From positions 63,118-127,117 of the forward strand of contig DATBIM010000053.1 in assembly GCA_036556905.1 (NCBI GenBank): DNA of 64,000 bases. Direction: 5' to 3'. The position numbers and the translations under genes were made by a program. This DNA is from Candidatus Methylomirabilota bacterium (lineage in GTDB: Bacteria; Methylomirabilota; Methylomirabilia; Rokubacteriales; CSP1-6). The notes beneath the pieces were generated by a model. It ran no database searches, had not been told where the DNA came from, and saw nothing but the letters and a program-made list of their open reading frames with translations. This document shows, piece after piece, positions 48,073 to 55,289 of this stretch. Numbering within the stretch: position 1 is the first letter of the stretch; the number at the start of each line of letters is the position of its first letter.

Positions 48073-50196
48073 TTACCGAACGTTTTTGTGACGGCGACCC
48101 TGGTCGCCTGTCGGCCGGCCCTGGCGGCCGACGGCCGTCGCCAGGGCGGCCCCGACCGTCACGCCGTGGCTGATGAGGATGCTGGCCATGGGTCTGGCCA
48201 GGCCCAGGGAGGCCAGGCCGACGACGCCCAGGTTGGCGCCCGCCGCGATCTGCAGCGTGCGGCGGACGCCACCGATCGCCTCATGCGCCAGGTCCAGAGC
48301 CCGGACGACACGATCGAGCCCGCCGCTCAGGAGGACTACGTCGGCCGCCTCCGAGGCCACCTCCGCCCCGCCCGGGACCGCAATGCCCACGTCGGCTTCC
48401 TCGAGCGCGAGCGCGTCGTTCACACCATCGCCCACCATGGCGACCACCAGGCCCCGGCGGCGGAGTCGACGGATCAGGGCGGCCTTGTCTTCGGGCAGCA
48501 GCCCTGCGTAGTGATGGGGCAGCTTCAGGGTCTCGGCGATGACCCGACTGGGCTCGGGGTGATCGCCGGAGAGCAGGATGACGTCGCGCATACGGCGTGC
48601 CCGCAACGCCTCGACGGCGGTGCGGGCGTCCGGGCGGAGCTGATCGTGAAGCACCAGCAGCCCGGTGAGCCGATCGTCGACGGCGACGAAGGTGGTGGCG
48701 CCTCCCGCACGGTGCGCGGCGGCCTCATCGGTAGCGGCGCCCTCCAGGCTGACGCCGCGCTCGTTCATGAAGCGCCGGCTCCCCACGAGAACCTCGCGCT
48801 CACCCACGTTCAGAATGACGCCGAGACCCGCGCTCACCGCCGGGGCGGTCGATTTCGGAATGGTCAGGCGGCGCATGGTGGCGATGTGGGTGATGGCCCG
48901 CGCGATCGGGTGATGGAACCCGCGCTCGGCGGCGGCGGCCAGGCGAACCACCTCTTCCTCGTCGCGCGCCGGCCCGTAGGCCACCACCCGGCTCACCACG
49001 AGCGAACCGGACGTCAGCGTGCCGGTCTTGTCGAAGACGACCGTGTTGACCCGGGCCAGCGCCTCCAGGGCCCGCGGGCCCTTGATCAGAATGCCTTCTT
49101 CGGCCGCGCGGCGCAGGGACGTCACTACCACGGTCGGGATGCCGATCCGAGCGGCGGTTCCGTAGTCGGCGACCAGGATCGCCACGCCGGCGTCGACGCT
49201 GCGGGAGAGCGCCGCGCCGAGGCCGGCGAGGGTGAGCGTGCGCTTGACCTCACGGTCGGCCAGCGTCTCGGCGAAGACCTGGATGTCCGACTTCTGCCCC
49301 GCCGCGTCCTCGATGGCGCTGATGATCCGTCCCACCGCCGTGTCGAGTCCGACGCGGTCCACGCGCACGGCGATCTGGCCGTGCTCCACCCGGGTGGCTG
49401 CGAACACGGGGTCACCGACGTGGCGCTCCACCGGCATGGCCTCGCCGGTCATCGTCTGCTGGTTGACCAGCGCCTGGCCCTCGACGACCGTCCCGTCGAT
49501 CGGGAGCTGCTCGCCGGCGCCCAGGAGGATGACGTCACCGGCCCGCAGGGCGGTCACAGCCACCGCCCGCGCGGGATCGTCCGCGCGGCGGACGTGGCCC
49601 TTCCAGGAGGGCACCAGATCGCGGACAGAGCGGCGTGTGGTCACCACGCTGCGGGCCACGACAAGTTCTCCGAGTGCCCGCAGCCAGGTGAGCAGTGCCG
49701 CCGCCGTGAAGTTCCCGCGTAGCGCCAGGAGCGCCAACGTGGAGGCCTCCAGGACGTCGCCGTTGAGGCGCCGCCGTCCCAGGGCGCGCGCGGCGTGCGC
49801 CAGGGAGGGTAGCCCGGTGGCCAGGACCAGGCCTCCCAGCAGGGGAGCGGAGAGTGGCAGGAGGCTGAGCCCGAGCACGGCGCCAGTGCCGACGACGCTG
49901 AGCAGCGGGGCCTGGCGCGTCGTCAGGGGCTCCGGACGGCGCGCCGCCCCGGGCGCCGCCGAAGGGTCCAGCGCCCGCGTGAGTGCGTGCAGCTTCGTGA
50001 CGAGCGCAGTCTCGGCGACCCGGATGGGGTCGTAGTCGATCTGCACGCTGCCCGTCAACGGGCTGCCCTCGACCCGTCGGATGCCCGGCAGGGCCCGCAA
50101 CCCCGTCTCCACGTCCTTCCGACGCTCGAGCAGCCACCAGGGCGGGTAGCGGACACGGAGGCGCCCGCGCACCGCATGCGCGATGTGGTAGCGCAT
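48073..50196 (-). CDS. P1B-like P-type ATPase lacking the CPC metal motif, with N-terminal cysteine-less HMA-like domain
   Basis: MRYHIAHAVRGRLRVRY...LTGSVQIDYDP, TGEAMPV, VFDKTGTLT, SGDHPE, VGDGVNDALAL. The TM6 position of CPC reads ADYG (49159..49170). Confidence 0.9.
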   Translation of the reverse strand: MRYHIAHAVRGRLRVRYPPWWLLERRKDVETGLRALPGIRRVEGSPLTGSVQIDYDPIRVAETALVTKLHALTRALDPSAAPGAARRPEPLTTRQAPLLSVVGTGAVLGLSLLPLSAPLLGGLVLATGLPSLAHAARALGRRRLNGDVLEASTLALLALRGNFTAAALLTWLRALGELVVARSVVTTRRSVRDLVPSWKGHVRRADDPARAVAVTALRAGDVILLGAGEQLPIDGTVVEGQALVNQQTMTGEAMPVERHVGDPVFAATRVEHGQIAVRVDRVGLDTAVGRIISAIEDAAGQKSDIQVFAETLADREVKRTLTLAGLGAALSRSVDAGVAILVADYGTAARIGIPTVVVTSLRRAAEEGILIKGPRALEALARVNTVVFDKTGTLTSGSLVVSRVVAYGPARDEEEVVRLAAAAERGFHHPIARAITHIATMRRLTIPKSTAPAVSAGLGVILNVGEREVLVGSRRFMNERGVSLEGAATDEAAAHRAGGATTFVAVDDRLTGLLVLHDQLRPDARTAVEALRARRMRDVILLSGDHPEPSRVIAETLKLPHHYAGLLPEDKAALIRRLRRRGLVVAMVGDGVNDALALEEADVGIAVPGGAEVASEAADVVLLSGGLDRVVRALDLAHEAIGGVRRTLQIAAGANLGVVGLASLGLARPMASILISHGVTVGAALATAVGRQGRPTGDQGRRHKNVR

Positions 50197-50201
50197 CGCG
50201 C

Positions 50202-50708
50202 TCAGTCGGGGCCGGGTGTCAGGTTGTAGTCTCGGAAGAGCCCGTGGGCATACCACAGGGCCGTTGACCAGGGCAGCGCCCGCATCGGCCCCCGGGTGGC
50301 GTCGCGTATCGCCCACAGCGTGAGCGCGACGGGCACGAGCAAGCCCAGGGTCAGCGAGCCGCCCGTCGCGCGGGCTACCCGCCGGTTGAGCGACGCAAAG
50401 GTCTCGATCACCGCCCCGGCCACCACCGACGGGGCGCGCCCGCTGCCGTTCGTGGGGTGGGTCCTCACGACGGGAGCAAGATCCGTGTCGGCGTGAGTGG
50501 CGATGGACTCTACGAGGTCGTCGACGACGACCTCGTCAGGACGGTAGAGGGTCAGCAGGCTACGCGTCCGCGGCGACCAGCGACATGCCGCCACGCCGGG
50601 CAACCGGGAAACCGCGTCGGAGACACCCTCGGTTCTCGCCCCGGTGGGAAGACGGACGCGCAGGCGCCCGGGGATGTCGTGCAGGATCGCGAGCTGCGGC
50701 CGGTCCAT
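50202..50708 (-). CDS. HMA2-like domain protein with C-terminal TM segment
   Basis: ILHDIPGRLRVRLP...SRLPGVAACRWSPRTRSLLTLYRP (no CxxC). TM segment LTLGLLVPVALTLWAI. Its stop is 5 nt from the ATPase start. Confidence 0.7.
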   Translation of the reverse strand: MDRPQLAILHDIPGRLRVRLPTGARTEGVSDAVSRLPGVAACRWSPRTRSLLTLYRPDEVVVDDLVESIATHADTDLAPVVRTHPTNGSGRAPSVVAGAVIETFASLNRRVARATGGSLTLGLLVPVALTLWAIRDATRGPMRALPWSTALWYAHGLFRDYNLTPGPD

Positions 50709-50715
50709 GGGCTGC

Positions 50716-51054
50716 CTACGAGGCCTGGCGTCGGGCCGCCCCGTTGGCGCGTCGCCGACGGGCCGGAGCGGGCTCCGGCTCGGCCGCCGGCTCGGCACCG
50801 TTCGTTTCCGCACCGTTCAGCTCGGCGCCATTCATCTCGGCCGCCGCCAGCACCTGCTCCCGGCGCACCCGGGCTTCTGCGGCGATGTCCTCGAGGACCT
50901 CGATCTGCTCGGCGATGACGCGACGTGCCTCGTCGAAGAAACCCATGCCTGCGGCCGCCGCCTCGACCACCAGTGGACGAATGACGCGGGACAGGAGTGG
51001 CAGGGCGAACGCCGCTCCCAGCCCGATGATGAACGACGCCGGTTGGATGCGCAT
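50716..51054 (-). CDS. small membrane-anchored protein (DUF5132-like by recollection)
   Basis: N-terminal TM FIIGLGAAFALPLL, amphipathic helix EQIEVLEDIAAEARVRREQ, NGAE repeats, and a basic tail. Confidence 0.6.
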   Translation of the reverse strand: MRIQPASFIIGLGAAFALPLLSRVIRPLVVEAAAAGMGFFDEARRVIAEQIEVLEDIAAEARVRREQVLAAAEMNGAELNGAETNGAEPAAEPEPAPARRRRANGAARRQAS

Positions 51055-51056
51055 GG

Positions 51057-51584
51057 TCAGGCCGCCGCCTGCTCATCCTTGGCCCGGGCCCGCCGGCGCG
51101 TCCGCCGTGCCGCCGGTTGGGGCGGTTTTCGCAGATCGGTCGAGTGTGCTCGGGCCCGGGTCGTGGCCTCGCCGACGACACCCCGAACCGCGCGCGTCGC
51201 CGCCGAGGCGATCCGATCCGCGGCCTCGAGCGCGCCATCGGCGGCCTCGCTGGCCAGGCGTCCCACATCGCGCCCCACCTCGCGCCCGGCGGTGACCGCG
51301 CCGTTCACGACGTTCTTGGCCACCCGGCTCAGATCACCACTGATCTCCTCGGCGGCACGGATCGAGCCGCGAACGGCAACGACCGCCGTGGAGCCCAGCT
51401 CGCCGCCGATCTCCTGGATGCCACGGAGCGCCGAGACCACCGTGCCGGTCAGGACGTTCACCGCCCCGACCGACAGCGCTTCAACGCCGGCGAACGTCGA
51501 ACTGATGGCGTTGGGGATCCCGTCCGCGTCGAGCAATCCTCCTGAACGCCCGTTCATGCTTGGCTTCCTTGCTTTCCGTGCCAT
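51057..51584 (-). CDS. Ala/Gly/Val-rich helical repeat protein with basic termini (hypothetical)
   Basis: The ATG at 51584 lies 7 nt after AAGGAGG. Degenerate repeats follow (GAVNVLTGTVVSALRG..., VAVRGSIRAAEEISG..., VNGAVTAGREVGRDVG...). The C-terminal tail is RRTRRRARAKDEQAAA. Confidence 0.6.
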   Translation of the reverse strand: MARKARKPSMNGRSGGLLDADGIPNAISSTFAGVEALSVGAVNVLTGTVVSALRGIQEIGGELGSTAVVAVRGSIRAAEEISGDLSRVAKNVVNGAVTAGREVGRDVGRLASEAADGALEAADRIASAATRAVRGVVGEATTRARAHSTDLRKPPQPAARRTRRRARAKDEQAAA

Positions 51585-51616
51585 GGGTACGGCCTCCTTA
51601 TGCCGGCGCCCGCGTC

Positions 51617-51634
51617 CGTAACATAAACGTAACA
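51617..51634. repeat. direct repeat CGTAACA-N4-CGTAACA (11-bp phase) upstream of the ATPase operon
   Basis: Copies at 51617..51623 and 51628..51634, 33-50 nt upstream of the ATG at 51584, in the divergent intergenic region. Confidence 0.3.
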
Positions 51635-51794
51635 ATGGTCAGGCCAGGGGCAGCGAGGGCCACAGGGTGCAAGCAATGAACCGCAGAGTCAAGGGGTTCG
51701 CGCGTCGCAGAAACTTCACAGAGTCCGAGATACGGCGGTCACATCCGATCGGCACGCTCGAGGGCGTGGGCGATCCATTTGTGAGGAGGACTCT

Positions 51795-52586
51795 GTGAAC
51801 GACGACACGTATCCGCGATTTCGTTGGCTGGAGCGCGGTGAGGGCGAGCCGGTGGTGTTCCTGCACGGCCTCATGGGTCACATGCACTTCTGGGATACGA
51901 CGCTCGACATCCTGAGCGGCGGGTGTCGGGCGCTCGCGCCGACGCTTCCCGTCTTCGATGAGGATCTTCCCGAGGTGTCCATTGCCGAGCTGGCCCGCTG
52001 GGTGGTGCGTTTCCTCGACGCACTCAATCTGGGACGCGTCGTCCTGGGTGGCAACTCGCTGGGCGGTCACGTCGCCCTGGCCACCACCCTGGTCTTTCCC
52101 ACCCGAGTCGCGGGACTCGTCCTCACCGGTTCGTCGGGTCTCTTCGAGCGGGGCTTCACCCGCGAGGGCTCGCACCGCCCGTCCAGTGAGTACGTGCGGC
52201 GGAAGATGGAAGACGTGTTCTACGATCGGCGCCTGGTGACGCCCAATTGGGTGGAGGCCGTCCGCGGCACCCTCACGAACCGGGCGACCGCGCTCCGGGT
52301 GCTGCGCTTCGCCCGGGCGGCCAAGCGTGACAACGTGGGGCACGACCTGGGAGTGATCGACGTGCCGACGCTGCTGGTGTGGGGCGCCGAGGATCGCATC
52401 ACGCCGCCGGCCGTCGCCGGGCGCTTCGCCGCGCTCATCCCGAGTTCCCGGCTGGTGTTTTTGCGGCGGTGTGGCCACGCGCCCATGCTGGAGCAGCCGG
52501 AGGCGTTCGGCGCCGTGGTGCGGGCCTGGCTGGAGGATATGGCCCTCATCGGGAGCGGCGCTCTCCCTGACCACGGGCTTCGATGA
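51795..52586 (+). CDS. alpha/beta hydrolase
   Basis: VVFLHGL, nucleophile elbow GNSLGG, and C-terminal CGHAPMLEQPE. GTG follows GAGGAGGA. Confidence 0.9.
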   Translation: MNDDTYPRFRWLERGEGEPVVFLHGLMGHMHFWDTTLDILSGGCRALAPTLPVFDEDLPEVSIAELARWVVRFLDALNLGRVVLGGNSLGGHVALATTLVFPTRVAGLVLTGSSGLFERGFTREGSHRPSSEYVRRKMEDVFYDRRLVTPNWVEAVRGTLTNRATALRVLRFARAAKRDNVGHDLGVIDVPTLLVWGAEDRITPPAVAGRFAALIPSSRLVFLRRCGHAPMLEQPEAFGAVVRAWLEDMALIGSGALPDHGLR

Positions 52587-54082
52587 TTGCTCGGGCCGGG
52601 GGGGCGCTGCTCGAGCGGCTGGCCAGCCGGCGGCGGCGGACGCTGGAACACGCGTGGCGTGCTCCCGCCGATGTCCAGGAGGCGGCGCTTCACCGCCTCG
52701 TCGCCTGTGCCCGCGACACCGAGTTCGGCCGCGCCCACGATTTCGTCGGAATCCGTTCGGTGGCCGACTACCAGGCTCGTGTCCCTCTGCGTCGGTACCT
52801 GGATTTTCGGCGGTACTGGCAGCGCGCGCTCCAGGGTGTGCCAGACGTGACCTGGCCGGGGCGGCCTCGCCACTGGGTGAAGACGTCGGGCACCACCGCT
52901 GGGGACAAGCTCATCCCGGTCACGACTGACGCGCTGGCCTCTCACCGGCAAGGTGGTTGGGACGCGCTGTTCATGGCGGTCGAGCGCACGGGCGGGGCGC
53001 AGCTCCTGGGTGGGGCCATGCTCTTTCTCGGCGGTACCAGTCAGCTCACCCCGATCGGCGACGGCGCGCTGGTCGGCGACCTGTCGGGGCTGGCCGTCCG
53101 CCGGCTGCCCCCGGGCTTGCGTGGACGCTACTCACCGGGGCCCGATATCGCGGCGATTCCCGATTGGCCGACACGACTCGCCCGTATCGCCGAGCGGGTG
53201 GCCGGCCAGGACTTGCGGCTGCTCTCGGGGATGCCCTCCTGGATGCTGCTCGTCCTGGAGCACGTGGCCCGCCGCCGCAGCCTGAGGGCCTGCTGGCCGG
53301 ACCTCCGCGTCTTCATTCATGGCGGCGTGGCATTCGGGCCGTACCGTTCGGCCTTCGAGCAATGGTTGGACCGTCGCCTGGAGTACGTCGAGGTCTACCC
53401 CGCCTCCGAGGGCTTCGTGGCGGTACAGACGGAACGGACTGGCGGCCTCAGCGTGATGGTGGACCATGGCGTCTTCTACGAGTTCGTCCCCCTCGAGGAG
53501 CTCGAGGCACCCCGGCCGCGACGACTCACGGTGGCCGAGGTTGAGCTCGGCCCGGCCTATGCGGTGGTCTTGACGACTCCGGCCGGGCTCTGGTCGTACG
53601 TGCTCGGCGACACCGTGCGCTTCACCGGGCGCGACCCTCTGCGACTTCTCATCACCGGACGCATCCGGCACTTCGTCAATGCCTTCGGCGAGAACGTGAT
53701 CGTTGAAGAGGTGGAGAGGGCGCTGCTGGGAGCCTGCGCCAAGGCCGGTGGGGAGGTCGTGGAATTCACCGTGGCCCCGCGCTATCCGACGACCACCGAG
53801 GCTCGCGGGGGTCACGACTGGCTGGTGGAGTTCCGGGTGCCGCCGGGCGACGGGCCGGCGTTCGCGCGGGCGCTCGATGAGACCCTCATCACCCTGAACA
53901 CCGATTACCGCACCAAGCGAAGAGCCGATGTGGGGATGCTGCCGCCCCGCCTGATCGTCCTGCCTCCGGGCAGCTTCCACCACTGGCTGCAGCAGAGGGG
54001 CAAGCTCGGCGATCAGCACAAGGTGCCCCGGGTGACGAACGATCGCGCCGTGGCCGATGCGCTGCTCAGGAATCGCGGTTGA
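52583..54082 (+). CDS. GH3 family (acyl-acid amido synthetase-like) protein
   Basis: TSGTTAGDKLIPVT adenylation motif, YPASEG, and C-terminal ...GDQHKVPR. ATGA overlaps the hydrolase stop. Confidence 0.85.
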   Translation: MIARAGGALLERLASRRRRTLEHAWRAPADVQEAALHRLVACARDTEFGRAHDFVGIRSVADYQARVPLRRYLDFRRYWQRALQGVPDVTWPGRPRHWVKTSGTTAGDKLIPVTTDALASHRQGGWDALFMAVERTGGAQLLGGAMLFLGGTSQLTPIGDGALVGDLSGLAVRRLPPGLRGRYSPGPDIAAIPDWPTRLARIAERVAGQDLRLLSGMPSWMLLVLEHVARRRSLRACWPDLRVFIHGGVAFGPYRSAFEQWLDRRLEYVEVYPASEGFVAVQTERTGGLSVMVDHGVFYEFVPLEELEAPRPRRLTVAEVELGPAYAVVLTTPAGLWSYVLGDTVRFTGRDPLRLLITGRIRHFVNAFGENVIVEEVERALLGACAKAGGEVVEFTVAPRYPTTTEARGGHDWLVEFRVPPGDGPAFARALDETLITLNTDYRTKRRADVGMLPPRLIVLPPGSFHHWLQQRGKLGDQHKVPRVTNDRAVADALLRNRG

Positions 54083-54120
54083 GGATCCCGGCTGACGGCG
54101 CCGGATCGGTTCGAACCGGC

Positions 54121-54498
54121 ATGCGCACACTGGCGTTGATCGCGCACGACAACAAAAAGGTGGATCTTCTCGCCTGGGCGACCTTCAACCGCGAGACCCT
54201 TGGCCGCTTCGGCCTGGTGGCGACCCGCCACACGGCGCGCGTGCTCCGCGACAAGGTAGGGCTCGAGACCGCAGAGCTGTTGAGCGGTCCCGAGGGAGGT
54301 GACGCCCAGATAGCCGCCCTGATCGCCACCGGGCAGGTGGACGCCGTCTTCTTCTTCGTGGACCCGTTGAGCGCGCTCCCGCACGACCCTGACGTGCGGG
54401 CCCTGCTCCGGGTCTGCAACGTCCACTGTGTGCCACTGGCGACGAACGTAGCGACGGCGGATCACATCATCGCCGGGCTCGGCGCCGAATGCCGGTGA
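54121..54498 (+). CDS. mgsA: methylglyoxal synthase
   Basis: LALIAHDNKK, SGPEGGDAQI, DPLSALPHDPDVRALLR, and PLATNVATAD all align to E. coli MgsA. The phosphate loop reads ATRHTA instead of ATGTTG. Confidence 0.9.
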   Translation: MRTLALIAHDNKKVDLLAWATFNRETLGRFGLVATRHTARVLRDKVGLETAELLSGPEGGDAQIAALIATGQVDAVFFFVDPLSALPHDPDVRALLRVCNVHCVPLATNVATADHIIAGLGAECR

Positions 54499-54581
54499 CC
54501 GGGTCGAACGTCACGCGTTCGTCATCATCGCGTAACACCGCGGCGGCAGGATTCCGGCTGACAGTTGGCCAAGGGGGCCGT

Positions 54582-55289
54582 GTGATCGAAGTGCTCGGAA
54601 TCGGCATCGCCGACGGCGCGACCGACTGGCTGATGCGTCGCGTGTGTGCCCGCATCAGCCCGGGCGCCCTGACGCTGGTAGTGTCCCCACGAGCCCAGGG
54701 GCGGCGGGCGTTCCTGGACGCGCTGGCCGGCCGCCGGGTGCCTCAAGAGGGACGGGTCTGGGTGAACGGGATCCCGGTGACGCGGGAGACCGCGGGCTGG
54801 CTCCGCCGGAGGGTCGCCGAGGTGGAGTTGTCGGCGCCGCTGCTCGAGCACCGGTCGCTGCTCTGGAATACGCTGGCCGTCGCCCCCCGTGGGCTCCGCA
54901 CGATGCGGGGCTGCATCCGCCTTCCTCAGCCGGCCGCTCGACGAGCGGCCGCGGCGGCTCTCGAGAGCGTTGAGCTTGGGGGCGACGTCGGCCAGCCCGT
55001 GTCTGCTCTGCCCGGGTGGGGACGCATGCATGTGCGGATCGCGCGCGCGCTCGCGCGCCGCCCGGAATGCCTGCTGGCCCGAGAGGTGGACCTGGCCCTG
55101 CCCGCGGAGGAGGCGCAGGCCGTCCTGACCCTGCTCCGCGGCGTGGCGCGCCGCCTGTCGCTCATGGCCATCGCCAGCGTGGAGGACGAGTGGCTGGCCC
55201 ATTGTGCCGGTGACCACGTGGTCACGCTGGACGGATGTGGCCTGGCCTCCACGGCGTTTGATCGACGCGATTCGGAGATCGGGGCCTAG
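54582..55289 (+). CDS. degenerate ABC-ATPase-like protein (all catalytic motifs eroded)
   Basis: ABC order is retained. Walker A is SPRAQGRRAF, the signature is LPGWGRMHVRIARAL, Walker B is CLLAREVD, and the H-loop is ASVED. GTG follows AAGGGGG. Confidence 0.5.
   Translation: MIEVLGIGIADGATDWLMRRVCARISPGALTLVVSPRAQGRRAFLDALAGRRVPQEGRVWVNGIPVTRETAGWLRRRVAEVELSAPLLEHRSLLWNTLAVAPRGLRTMRGCIRLPQPAARRAAAAALESVELGGDVGQPVSALPGWGRMHVRIARALARRPECLLAREVDLALPAEEAQAVLTLLRGVARRLSLMAIASVEDEWLAHCAGDHVVTLDGCGLASTAFDRRDSEIGA

Noticed and set aside
54121-54498. The MgsA phosphate-binding loop reads ATRHTA rather than ATGTTG.
   Set aside because: The catalytic Asp and His residues and the overall alignment are intact. 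Without a family alignment I cannot say that this variation is outside the normal range.
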